NCBI GenBank assembly: GCA_965223005.1
Contig: CBDCVK010000010.1
Coordinates: 32,001 to 96,000, forward strand
Origin: Terriglobia bacterium
GTDB taxonomy: Bacteria; Acidobacteriota; Terriglobia; JAJPHL01; JAPKYU01
Direction of reading: 5' to 3'
DNA length: 64,000 nucleotides
Position numbers and translations under genes: made by a program. The number at the start of each line of letters is the position of its first letter. The stretch's first letter is position 1. This document shows, piece after piece, positions 30,511-39,696 of this stretch. The notes below the pieces were generated by a model that did not search any database, was not told the origin of the DNA, and saw nothing but the letters and a program-made list of their open reading frames with translations.

Positions 30511-30659
30511 GATAGCGCTCCTCGCTCCGATACCAGGCAAATGTACAACGAAAGCAGAGAAAACAGCTACCGCTTCTCTGGGAGAACGTCGTCATTCCCC
30601 CTGTGCTATGATTTTTCATGGGTTCATCTGGCACCGTTGGAAGGGAAAGGACGCTGCCG

Positions 30660-31610
30660 ATGTCTGCTGCTGCCCGCATTCTTGATGGCAATTCGATTTC
30701 TACCCAGATCAGGGAAGAGCTTGCCCTGGAGTTGAAGGAACTGGCGGCGCAAGGGGTTCGTCCCGGCCTAGCCGCGGTCCTGGTAGGGGACAACCCCGGT
30801 TCGGTCATCTACGTTCGGAACAAGGTTAAGACCTGCCAGTCGTTGGGCATCTACAGCGAGAAGTTCACGCCTCCGGCGACTGCAAGCACCGAGGAGTTCC
30901 TGCGCCTGGTTCAGGAACTGAATGGCCGGGAGGAAATCGACGGCATTCTAGTGCAGTTGCCTCTGCCATCCCAAGTGGATACCCGGCGGGTGCTGGAGGC
31001 GATTGATCCGGCTAAGGACGTTGACGGGTTTCATCCTATCAACGTGGGGAACCTGGTCACCCAGCGGCCGGGACTGGTGCCTTGCACCCCCGCCGGGATT
31101 ATGGAAATCCTGCAGCGCAGCGGCGTCACGCTGAAGGGGGCGCGCGCGGTGGTGATTGGCCGCAGCGACTTGGTGGGCAAGCCGGTGGCGTTGCTGCTGA
31201 TGCACCAGCATGCCACGGTCACCATCTGCCACTCGCGCACGCGGGACCTGCCAGGGGTGGCACGGCAGGGCGAAATCCTGGTGGCTGCGATGGGCAAGCC
31301 GGCGATGATCAACGGGGAATACGTTCAGCCGGGCGCCACGGTGATTGACGTGGGCATCAACAAGATCACCGACCGGGCCGAAGTCGAGCGCCTGTTCCCC
31401 GGAAACGCGCAGCGGCTGGCCGAGCTGGATAAGAAGGGCTACACGCTGGTAGGCGATGTGCATCCCGACTCCGTGCTGCCGGTGGCCGGAGCGCTCACTC
31501 CGGTTCCGGGCGGCGTGGGCCCGCTGACCATTGCCATGTTGATGGTCAACACGGTCCGCGCAGCGTGCCTGCGGCGAGGTTTGACGGTTGGCGCCGGGGT
31601 GACCGCCTAG
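30660..31610 (+). CDS. folD: Methylene-THF dehydrogenase/cyclohydrolase
   Basis: YVRNK, GILVQLPLP, KDVDGFHP, PCTPAG, GRSDLVGKP, TPVPGGVGPLT. Confidence 0.97.
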   Translation: MSAAARILDGNSISTQIREELALELKELAAQGVRPGLAAVLVGDNPGSVIYVRNKVKTCQSLGIYSEKFTPPATASTEEFLRLVQELNGREEIDGILVQLPLPSQVDTRRVLEAIDPAKDVDGFHPINVGNLVTQRPGLVPCTPAGIMEILQRSGVTLKGARAVVIGRSDLVGKPVALLLMHQHATVTICHSRTRDLPGVARQGEILVAAMGKPAMINGEYVQPGATVIDVGINKITDRAEVERLFPGNAQRLAELDKKGYTLVGDVHPDSVLPVAGALTPVPGGVGPLTIAMLMVNTVRAACLRRGLTVGAGVTA

Positions 31611-31791
31611 CAGGCCGCTGCTGCAACTTCTGCAAAGACCAGGACTGGCAGCGGCTGGTAACTTGCCGCCCCGGGCTCCACAGGGCACAAGACGGGTCGC
31701 GAGACTGATTCACTGCCCGGCCATGTTCTAGAACGAATCTCGCAACTAGCAACTCACAGCCGTGGCAAGATCGCGCGGCGGAGCGTTTGGT

Positions 31792-32412
31792 TTGCTAAAA
31801 GTGGGGCTCACCGGCGGGCTGGCGTGCGGCAAGAGCACGGTCGCCGCGCTGCTTCAAGAAAAGGGATGCGGGCTGATCGACGCCGACCGTTTGGGCCATG
31901 AAGCCATCGCCCCGGACGGACCTGCTTACAGCGATGTGGTGGCCGAGTTTGGGCGTGACATCCTGGACGGCGAGGGGCGAGTGGACCGGGCGCGTCTGGC
32001 GGCCTGCGTCTTTGGAGATCGGCAGGGGGGAGATCCGCAACAGGTGCGGCGGCTGAACGAATTGGTTCACCCCCATATTTTGCGGCGCCTCGAAGAGGAG
32101 GCGCGCAAGTTCGCCGACCACCATTCTGAGGGTATCCTGATAGTGGAAGCGGCGCTGCTGCTGGAAGCCTTTGCCGAGTCGCAAGTGGACAAGGTGGTGG
32201 TGGTGGACTGTTCTGAGGAGCAGCAGATCCAACGCTTTCAGGCCAAAGGCGGCACAGCCGAGGAAGCGCGGCGGCGCATGGCCGCTCAGATGACTCGCGC
32301 CGAGCGCCTGCGGCGCGCCGATTTGGTCGTGGACACCTCCGGCACGTTGGAACAAACTCGCCGGCAGGTGAATACGCTGTACCAACAACTGGTGCGGGAA
32401 GCGCTCATATAA
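31792..32412 (+). CDS. coaE: Dephospho-CoA kinase
   Basis: VGLTGGLACGKST, IDAD, LNELVHP, EAALLLE; TTG start after GGAG (alternative GTG 31762). Confidence 0.93.
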   Translation: MLKVGLTGGLACGKSTVAALLQEKGCGLIDADRLGHEAIAPDGPAYSDVVAEFGRDILDGEGRVDRARLAACVFGDRQGGDPQQVRRLNELVHPHILRRLEEEARKFADHHSEGILIVEAALLLEAFAESQVDKVVVVDCSEEQQIQRFQAKGGTAEEARRRMAAQMTRAERLRRADLVVDTSGTLEQTRRQVNTLYQQLVREALI

Positions 32413-32514
32413 ATGTATTGGAGCCGTTCCGTCTGATTTGCAGACCCCCATGGCTTGCAACTGCGATCACCAACAGCCCAACGGGTTTCTGAAGCCGCTT
32501 CTGGTGAGGTCGGT

Positions 32515-33681
32515 ATGAAACTGCGCCATTTTCTGCTGGCGGCTGCGATCGTGGCCGCCTTCATTTATTTCACCACCTATCTGCCGGTCGGGCCGTTCGA
32601 GAAGGGCCGCTGGCGCGGGGCTTTGCCGTGGGAGGGGGAGACTTCTCCCGTGCCCGGGGTAACCCTGGCGCAGAGCGGCGGATTCGGCTCCGACGAGCAG
32701 AACAACATTCAGGTATACAAAGCGGCCAGCCCGGCGGTAGTCAATGTCACCACCATCACCTTGACCTACGATTTCTTCCTGAATCCTGTGCCGATGGAAG
32801 GCGGGGCAGGCAGCGGTTTCTTGATTGAGCCAGACGGCAAGATCGTCACGAATTTTCACGTCATCAGCGGGGCGCGGCGAGTGCAGGTGATGCTGGCCGA
32901 CCGGAGTCGCCACCAGGCAGACGTGCTCGGCTACGACGAGCGCAGCGACCTGGCGGTACTGCGGATTCAAGCTGGGCGGGAATTGCCCTATCTGCGGCTG
33001 GGCGAGTCCGACAGCCTCCAGGTGGGGCAGAAGGTGCTGGCTATCGGGAACCCGTTCGGCCAGTTCCAGAATACTCTGACCACGGGAGTCATCAGCTCGC
33101 TCGGGCGCAATATCCGGGGCCGCGGCAGTGGCGCGGTTCTGGAAGACGTCATTCAAACGGACGCCGCCATCAATCCCGGCAACAGTGGCGGGCCCTTGCT
33201 CAACTCGCACGGGGAAGTCGTGGGCATCAACACGGCCATCGTCGGCCCGGCCAATATTGGCATTGGATTTGCCATTCCCGTCAACCGGATGAAGCTGATT
33301 GTGGCCGATCTGCTGCGCGAGGGACGGGTGATGCGTCCCTACCTCGGGGTAGTGCTGCTACCCTTGAGCCCTGACCTGGCTGAGCTGCTGGATTCGCCCG
33401 TGGGCGAAGGCCTCCTGGTCTTGACGGTGTCACCCAACAGCCCCGCCGAAAAGGCGGGCATCCGCGGGGGCACCAAAACCGTAGTGGTCGGAAACTTGAG
33501 GCTTCCCGCGGGAGGAGACATGATCGTGGAGATGGATGGGGAGCCGGTTGGTGCTCGTGAAGAACTCGGACGTCGGATTGAGAATAAACGGCCGGGTGAC
33601 ACAGTCCGGCTCACCCTGTTCCGAGGCCCGCGGCGCTTGGAGGTCACCGTCCAACTGGAGGCCCGTCCGCCGCGCCGCTAA
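32515..33681 (+). CDS. HtrA/DegP-family serine protease with PDZ domain
   Basis: TNFHV, DLAV, IQTDAAINPGNSGGPL, RPYLG, SPAEKAGI. Confidence 0.93.
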   Translation: MKLRHFLLAAAIVAAFIYFTTYLPVGPFEKGRWRGALPWEGETSPVPGVTLAQSGGFGSDEQNNIQVYKAASPAVVNVTTITLTYDFFLNPVPMEGGAGSGFLIEPDGKIVTNFHVISGARRVQVMLADRSRHQADVLGYDERSDLAVLRIQAGRELPYLRLGESDSLQVGQKVLAIGNPFGQFQNTLTTGVISSLGRNIRGRGSGAVLEDVIQTDAAINPGNSGGPLLNSHGEVVGINTAIVGPANIGIGFAIPVNRMKLIVADLLREGRVMRPYLGVVLLPLSPDLAELLDSPVGEGLLVLTVSPNSPAEKAGIRGGTKTVVVGNLRLPAGGDMIVEMDGEPVGAREELGRRIENKRPGDTVRLTLFRGPRRLEVTVQLEARPPRR

Positions 33682-33772
33682 CTGTTTGCATTGCAATAAC
33701 TTGTTTTGCATTCCGACTCCGTCGGGAGCAAGCGGGGGCCAGCAAACCGTAGCGTGCGCCACAGTTAATCTC

Positions 33773-33816
33773 CTGAAACCTGCCCTCTGAGACCTGACTC
33801 TAGAACCTGCTACAAT
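33773..33816 (+). promoter_or_regulatory. Extended -10 promoter preceded by a 13-14 bp triple repeat
   Basis: ctgaaacctgccct/ctgagacctgact/ctagaacctgcta; TGcTACAAT at 33808-33816; AGGAGG downstream. Confidence 0.55.
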
Positions 33817-33847
33817 CCATACTAATTAGGAGGAGACAGTACCCCGA

Positions 33848-34642
33848 ATGAGGAACTCTCTGCGCTTCTTGTGCCTAGTCGTACTGTCGGCTGTCGCCCC
33901 GCTGGCGATGGCCGAGGAAGTGATCCTCCGCGACGGAAGAAAGCTGACTGGGACCATCGCCGGCGTGGAGCGCGGCGTTTACAGGCTCGAGACAGATTTC
34001 GGGGTAGCGCTAATCAAGAAAGAATGGATCGCGCGCATCGAATTTTCTGGAACGGCAACGAAGAAAGCGCGCGGAGAAAAATCACCAGTTGAGAAAGCGA
34101 CTGCCAAGCCCCCCATCCGTCTGCGGCGCCCGCCCTCGCCACCCCCGCCCCCACTCATCCGCGAACGCCGCCCACCCGGCGGTACGGTTCAGGAGCGCAT
34201 CCAGGGAACCACCTACGTTAACGAGAGCTACCGCTTCCAACTGTTCAAGCCACCCACTTGGCGCATCCTGGAACAGGCCGCCCGCAGCATTCCCAGCGCC
34301 GTGACGGTGCTGGGGACTGTGGATGAAACCACGATGCTGGTGGTCGGCAGCGTGCTGTATGAAGGCCCACCCTCTGCATATGCCGAAATCCTGGTGTCTG
34401 CGCTCCGGCAAAGCTACTCGGAATTTGTCACCAAACCGGAGGACCGGATTCGGATAGCCGGGCGGCCGGCCATCCGGCGCCGGTTTAGCGGCATGGCGGC
34501 CGGACACGAGTGGCACGGCCTAGTGGTCAACCTGACCGACGGGCCGGCGCACTATGGCCTTATTGGGGTGACCCGGCACGAATTGTCTGGGTTTAAGGCA
34601 AGCGTGCTGTCCAAGATGGTCAAGTCCTTCCGCTTCCGCTAA
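33848..34642 (+). CDS. Hypothetical exported protein (PsbP-like C-terminal fold suspected)
   Basis: Signal peptide, EVILRDGRKLTG, Pro-rich linker, Y.N..YRF....P..W start and KMVKSFRF end. Confidence 0.75.
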   Translation: MRNSLRFLCLVVLSAVAPLAMAEEVILRDGRKLTGTIAGVERGVYRLETDFGVALIKKEWIARIEFSGTATKKARGEKSPVEKATAKPPIRLRRPPSPPPPPLIRERRPPGGTVQERIQGTTYVNESYRFQLFKPPTWRILEQAARSIPSAVTVLGTVDETTMLVVGSVLYEGPPSAYAEILVSALRQSYSEFVTKPEDRIRIAGRPAIRRRFSGMAAGHEWHGLVVNLTDGPAHYGLIGVTRHELSGFKASVLSKMVKSFRFR

Positions 34643-34744
34643 GCGCAAGTCACACGAACAGGCGAGAGCAGAAGATGCTTGTGGTGCAGCTCGGTCGCTA
34701 CGATCCGCGGAGAGCTTGGGAGGGTGCCCGGCAGAAGCCGGGTG

Positions 34745-35578
34745 CTACAATAAATCCACCGCCACCTTGTTCGGAAGGACGCCGATCTGGTAACCAAGAG
34801 CCAGCAGGCGCTCAATTGCCTGCTTCCCACGGTCGCCGCACTCCAGCGTGTATTCGTTCACGTACATCCCCACGAACTTGTCGGCCAGGGATGCATCCAT
34901 GTCCCGAGCAAACTTCATGGCGTAGGAAAGGGCTTCTTCTCTGTGATCCAGGGCGTACTGGATGCTGCTACGCACTAGCGAGGCCGCTTCTTTTTGCACG
35001 TCCAGGGGCAGATGGCGGGCCACTACCAGGCCGCCCAGTGGAAGGGGCAAACCTTGCTGCTGTTGCCACCAAAGTCCCAGGTCTGCGATGCGATGCAGGC
35101 CCTCGCGGTCGTAAGTGAGCTGGCCTTCATGAATCAGCAGGCCGGCCTCGGCGCGCCCCTCCTGCAGGGCTTCGGAGACGCGGTCGAACGGCACTACTAC
35201 CGGCTCCACTTCCGGCTGGAACAACTTCAACACCAGCCAGGCTGTGGTCAGCAGCCCAGGCACTGCAACCTTCTTGCCTTTCAGTTCCTCGGCCGAAAAC
35301 AGGCGCGTTGAAACCACGACAGGGCCGTAGCCGTCTCCCATGCTGCTTCCAGTGGATAGCAGGCGGTAGCGCTCGGCCACATGAGGATAGGCGTGAAAGG
35401 AGATGGCTGTCAGGTCGAACTTCGTTTCCATGGCTTGCCGGTTCAAAGTTTCGATATCCAACAAGACGTGCCGGAAACTCAGCGTCGGCGGGCGCAGTTT
35501 CCGCGTCGCAAGCGCGTAGAACATGAAGGCATCGTCGGAATCAGGACTATGCGCCAGGACCAGTTCGCGTTGTTCCAT
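34745..35578 (-). CDS. mqnD: 1,4-dihydroxy-6-naphthoate synthase (futalosine menaquinone pathway)
   Basis: HSPDSDDAFMF, DIETLN, GDGYGP, PGLLTTA, IHEGQLTY, LPLPLG, MYVNEYT. Confidence 0.9.
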   Translation of the reverse strand: MEQRELVLAHSPDSDDAFMFYALATRKLRPPTLSFRHVLLDIETLNRQAMETKFDLTAISFHAYPHVAERYRLLSTGSSMGDGYGPVVVSTRLFSAEELKGKKVAVPGLLTTAWLVLKLFQPEVEPVVVPFDRVSEALQEGRAEAGLLIHEGQLTYDREGLHRIADLGLWWQQQQGLPLPLGGLVVARHLPLDVQKEAASLVRSSIQYALDHREEALSYAMKFARDMDASLADKFVGMYVNEYTLECGDRGKQAIERLLALGYQIGVLPNKVAVDLL

Positions 35579-35648
35579 AGGATGACTTGGACTAGCGGGG
35601 GGATGTTAGAGTAGCACAACGGCTCACGGCGGCCAATTCGCTTTTGGC

Positions 35649-35677
35649 TTGTCAACCCGCAGCGGACTCCGTAAACT
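35649..35677 (+). promoter_or_regulatory. Sigma70-type promoter
   Basis: TTGTCA (35649-54), 17 bp, TAAACT (35672-77). Confidence 0.65.
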
Positions 35678-35683
35678 GAATTG

Positions 35684-35885
35684 TTGAGACCTCGCCACGG
35701 CCAGCTGCGGCATTCCCGAAGGAGTGCATCCTCAGATTTGATTCATGGGTCCTAGCCCGGAATCGTTGGAACGGCAGCAACCAAGGGTTGGATTGCCAAA
35801 CCGAATCCAGAAGAGAGGGCTCCCCTCTAACTGAGTGACGCCAAAGCGTGGGCGGCAACCGCCGAGTGCGCCGTGGTGCGATCAG
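35684..35885 (+). ncRNA. Candidate ~200-nt structured RNA (6S-like or unknown motif)
   Basis: Starts just after the promoter; ends pair (cgccacggc/gccgtggtg); nested ctcag/ctgag and tcctagccc/gggttgga pairings; hairpins cattcc-cgaa-ggagtg, agagg..cctct, ggcg-gcaa-ccgcc. Confidence 0.5.
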
Positions 35886-35909
35886 GACCGCTCTTCGGAA
35901 AAAGGTCTT

Positions 35910-36284
35910 ATGGGTGATGAGAATAACAAGGTGGTGGTCGCGGCCGACGAACTGTTCTTTACGGTCAAAATCACGGAAGCCGCTCGCCGGGCTGGCGTGC
36001 CGGTCCAGTTTGTGAAGGACGAGCGCGCTTTATTGGAGTCTGCTCAGCACAAGCCAGCGCTGATCATCCTGGACCTGAATTGCGCCGGCGTGAAGCCCCT
36101 GCAGTCCATCAGCAAGTTGAAGGCGGATCCTGAGCTGAAAACGATTTCGCTGGTGGGCTACGTCTCGCACGTACAGGGGGAGTTGAAGCAGAAGGCACAT
36201 GCGCTCGGCTGCGACATGGTGCTGGCCCGCTCGGCCTTCTCCCAGAATCTGGCGAGCCTGCTGAAGCGCCACGCCAGCCGCTGA
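35910..36284 (+). CDS. Atypical stand-alone receiver-domain protein
   Basis: KPALIILDLN, KLKADPELKTI, ALGCD.VL; canonical KP replaced by RS. Confidence 0.8.
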   Translation: MGDENNKVVVAADELFFTVKITEAARRAGVPVQFVKDERALLESAQHKPALIILDLNCAGVKPLQSISKLKADPELKTISLVGYVSHVQGELKQKAHALGCDMVLARSAFSQNLASLLKRHASR

Positions 36285-36388
36285 ATACGCCGAACGACCT
36301 CATTTCGCGGTTCCAGGCTGCCGCTCAGACAGGCCGGCCGTAGATGCCCCACTGAGATATTTTACCGCGGAGGCGGCGTAGCGACCGA

Positions 36389-37387
36389 CTACTTGCTCTT
36401 TTGCTTCACTATCTTCATGGCCATCTTGCGTATAACTTCGGCGACATTCTTGTTCTGGGCCACGGCCCGCTGGTCCTGCGGCAGCAGGCGGGCAATCAGC
36501 GACATCGCCACGTCAATGGGCGTCTTCGGGTTGTTGGCCAGGTTCCGCAGAACGCTGTAGTTCCTCATGAACTTCCGGCTCATGGAAATCAGCCGCAGCA
36601 CTTCGTCGCTGACGTTTTTCAGCGCCGAGAAGGTGTCGATTTCTGATTCCGTGACCTTCGGCGAGCCGAGCACGGCCCGCGACACCACCTTGCTGGAGTC
36701 GCGGATCAGCATGCCGCGTTCCTCCTTGTTACCTTTCAGCGCCAGTTGCACCTTCTGCGAGACAGTCATCCGAGAGATCTTGGCGTAGATTGATTCCTTC
36801 TTGCGTTGCTCATCCCCTTGGGCTTCAGCCTCGACGATTTTCTCGTCCAGCTTGACGATTTCCTCGTCCGACAGGGCTGTGGTCTGCTGCCGTTCGTCTT
36901 CCAGTTGCGCCTCGGCAATCATCAGCTCCAGGAAGCTGAGCTCGAAGAGGAATCTTTCCTCGCGGGCAGCGAGCCGGCTTTGGTTCATTTGTAGGTAGCT
37001 GGAGTTGTTTTTCAGGGCCGTCAGAGCCGGGGTGCGGAGCCTGTCGATATTCTCGAGCATGATCTTGATCGAATCCGGATCGGCGATGGCGGCCAGCTCG
37101 GCCAGTGCCTGCTGCGGAGAGTGACGGTTGGCCAGCAGGTCCTCCAGCAACTCGGGCCGAAAATTTTCGGGGATCAGAAAATACTCCAGCGCCTGGGGCG
37201 AAGTGGAGGCCCTGCGTAGAAGGGGCTGCAGAGTTTCGGGGGGCCAACTCGACAGGGTGCGGCGCGCTTCGGCTCGCACCTGGTCATCCGGATCGTCGGT
37301 CAATGCCACCACCAGTTCCAGCGCGGCCTCCGGGGCGATATTGGTCTGGCCGCGAGCGGCGGCCAACTTGTCTGTGATTGGCGTCAC
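36389..37387 (-). CDS. Conserved alpha-helical (HEAT-like) hypothetical protein
   Basis: DDPDDQVRAEA, MTVSQKVQLALKGNKEER.MLIRD, LANNPKTP; start overlaps the rodZ stop. Confidence 0.8.
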   Translation of the reverse strand: MTPITDKLAAARGQTNIAPEAALELVVALTDDPDDQVRAEARRTLSSWPPETLQPLLRRASTSPQALEYFLIPENFRPELLEDLLANRHSPQQALAELAAIADPDSIKIMLENIDRLRTPALTALKNNSSYLQMNQSRLAAREERFLFELSFLELMIAEAQLEDERQQTTALSDEEIVKLDEKIVEAEAQGDEQRKKESIYAKISRMTVSQKVQLALKGNKEERGMLIRDSSKVVSRAVLGSPKVTESEIDTFSALKNVSDEVLRLISMSRKFMRNYSVLRNLANNPKTPIDVAMSLIARLLPQDQRAVAQNKNVAEVIRKMAMKIVKQKSK

Positions 37388-38166
37388 TGGGTCTTTAGGT
37401 CGCGGGCGGAAAACGCGACGCTCTTCGCCTCCCCCTTGCGGCCTAGCGGCGGCTGGGTTTCGCCGTTGAGCGTCAGCACGACGTCGCCCGCGTTGCCCAC
37501 GCGGAGCTTGATCGAGAAGTTGGCAGCCACCGTGTGCGTTTCTCCGGCCGTCATCATCTCTTCCCAGATCTTACGGCCGTCAGCGTAGGCAACCGCCCAG
37601 GAAGCGCCCAAGGTATCGATTTGGAGCCGAAGGCGAGCGCGCGAAGCCCCATCTGGTTCCGCCTCCGCTACCGCTTTCACCGCAGGTATGGCCGACGCTT
37701 GCGGAACGGGCGCCGGCGTCGTCGGCACTGAGGACCAGCTGGCGCGCACCCGGATCGGCACCCAGCGTTCCCAAACCGCGTAGCCGCCGAGGAGAAGCAG
37801 CGACGCGCTTAACAGAGCAGTCGCCACTGCGCGCTTCAGGTTGGGTGCGGCTCGGCCGACCGAGGTGCCCGGCGGTGCCGTAGCGGCTCTCTGGTCCCGC
37901 TGGGCAGCCAACTGTCGCAAGTCCACGGGCTTGGGAGGTCCCAGCAACGAGTCGAACTCGGCGCCTACCTGTGCTTCGTCCAGGCCCAAGTAATGCGCGT
38001 AGTGCAACACAAAGCTGCGACTGAAGGCTCCGCCCGGGAGCATGTCGAACCGGTCGTTCTCGATAGCTTCCAAGAAGCGGGTGCTGATCTTGGTGTGAAG
38101 TGACATCTCCTCCAGCGAGATGCTGCGCATTTCGCGCTCACGCCGGAGTTTTCTGCCGAAGCCCAT
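37384..38166 (-). CDS. rodZ: RodZ-like HTH / TM / DUF4115 protein
   Basis: FGRKLRREREMRSISLEE...TKI...LEAIE....LPG..F.RSF...YA..LGLD; TM; VGNAGDV.LTLNG. Confidence 0.85.
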   Translation of the reverse strand: MGFGRKLRREREMRSISLEEMSLHTKISTRFLEAIENDRFDMLPGGAFSRSFVLHYAHYLGLDEAQVGAEFDSLLGPPKPVDLRQLAAQRDQRAATAPPGTSVGRAAPNLKRAVATALLSASLLLLGGYAVWERWVPIRVRASWSSVPTTPAPVPQASAIPAVKAVAEAEPDGASRARLRLQIDTLGASWAVAYADGRKIWEEMMTAGETHTVAANFSIKLRVGNAGDVVLTLNGETQPPLGRKGEAKSVAFSARDLKTQ

Positions 38167-38312
38167 GGGTCGCGCACTCTGTCGCGTTCAACGAACTCCT
38201 TGGACCTATGATAGGGATAGGTACAAAACTGTGTCAATATGATTTCCCCAGCCGGGCCGATCCGGAGGCCGGCCAGCCCGCCGGTTTGGCGCCGCCCCCG
38301 AAGGAAAGACCG

Positions 38313-38321
38313 TGCTATAAT
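38313..38321 (+). promoter_or_regulatory. Extended -10 element for the GGDEF gene
   Basis: TGcTATAAT consensus in divergent intergenic DNA. Confidence 0.6.
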
Positions 38322-38441
38322 TCGCCCGGCTTTTAGAGAAGTGAACTCACTTGCCTGAGCTCAGGGGTTACCGTGCGCGCCAGACCAGCCGCCGGCCCGC
38401 TGAGCGATCCCTCCCGGGCAAGAGCTCGAAGACGCCTACGA

Positions 38442-39518
38442 ATGGAACCGGCGGCACGCATTGCCGAACTGGAACGGAAGATCCGAGAACTGACGGTCTT
38501 CCACGATATCGGCAAGACGCTCACCTCCACCCTGGACCTCAGCCGTGTGCTGGAAACCATCATGGAACAGATCAGCAATCTGTTCCGTCCCGATACTTGG
38601 TCGCTTCTGTTGCTGGACCCTGAGTCCAAGGAACTGCACTTTGAGATTGCTGTCGGGCAAGCCGCAGAGAAGCTCAAGAAGTTGCGCCTGAAGCTCGGCG
38701 AGGGAATAGCCGGCTGGGTGGCGCTGCATGGGCAACCTCTCTTCGTGCCTGAAGCCGACAGCGACCAGCGCTTCACGTCCCGTATCGACCAGATCACCAG
38801 CGTTCACACCAGGACCATTGCTGCCGTTCCCATCAAGGGTCGAGAAGGAGTGTTGGGGGTGATCGAAATCGTCAACACGCCGGAAGCGATGAAATTCGGC
38901 CAGGAAGAGATGTTCATGCTCGAGGCCCTGGCCGATTACACGGCCATCGCCATCGAGAACGCCCGGCATGTGGAACGGATTCACGAGTTAACGATCACAG
39001 ACGATTGCACCAGCCTGTTCAACTCCCGCCATCTTCACAACATGTTGCAATCGGAAATCTACCGCTCCAACCGCTACGGTTACGAATTCTCGGTGCTCTT
39101 TCTGGATCTGGACCGTTTCAAGCAAGTGAACGACACTCACGGGCACCTGGTGGGTAGCAAGCTGCTGGCCCAAGTCGGCAACCTGATCAAGGACCACCTG
39201 CGTATGATTGATTTCGCCTTCCGGTACGGCGGCGACGAATTCGTGATGCTGCTGCCGCAAACGGACAAGCACGCCGCCACGAACGTGGCCCGCCGCCTTC
39301 AGCGCCTGCTCAACGACGCATGCTTCCTGCGCGAAGAAGGCTTGAATCTGAAGGTCACCGCCAGCTTCGGTCTGGCTTGCTTCCCCAGCGATGCCCGCAC
39401 CAAAAACGAGCTGGTCCGGCTGGCCGACGAAGCGATGTACCTGGTGAAGAACACCGCGCGCGACAACATCGCTGTCGCCAACGTTGGGCTATTGGACACT
39501 CTCAGCAGCCATAGCTAG
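38442..39518 (+). CDS. GAF-GGDEF diguanylate cyclase
   Basis: GEGIAGWVA GAF motif, DLDRFKQVNDTHGHLVG, RYGGDEF, ADEAMY. Confidence 0.93.
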   Translation: MEPAARIAELERKIRELTVFHDIGKTLTSTLDLSRVLETIMEQISNLFRPDTWSLLLLDPESKELHFEIAVGQAAEKLKKLRLKLGEGIAGWVALHGQPLFVPEADSDQRFTSRIDQITSVHTRTIAAVPIKGREGVLGVIEIVNTPEAMKFGQEEMFMLEALADYTAIAIENARHVERIHELTITDDCTSLFNSRHLHNMLQSEIYRSNRYGYEFSVLFLDLDRFKQVNDTHGHLVGSKLLAQVGNLIKDHLRMIDFAFRYGGDEFVMLLPQTDKHAATNVARRLQRLLNDACFLREEGLNLKVTASFGLACFPSDARTKNELVRLADEAMYLVKNTARDNIAVANVGLLDTLSSHS

Positions 39519-39696
39519 AGGGAGCTGAACTTCACACGCCGCGTGTGTGCCTTCCAGCGTGGTTCCACCGCTCTTGCTGGGTTATGTCCTTTCCCAGATC
39601 TTGGCAGGGTCTCCCACCATTGTCTTGTCTCCTTCATTACCTGATTGTTGGCCATGGCGGCTGAGGCTCGTATCTCCCCAGTGCTATACTCTTCCA

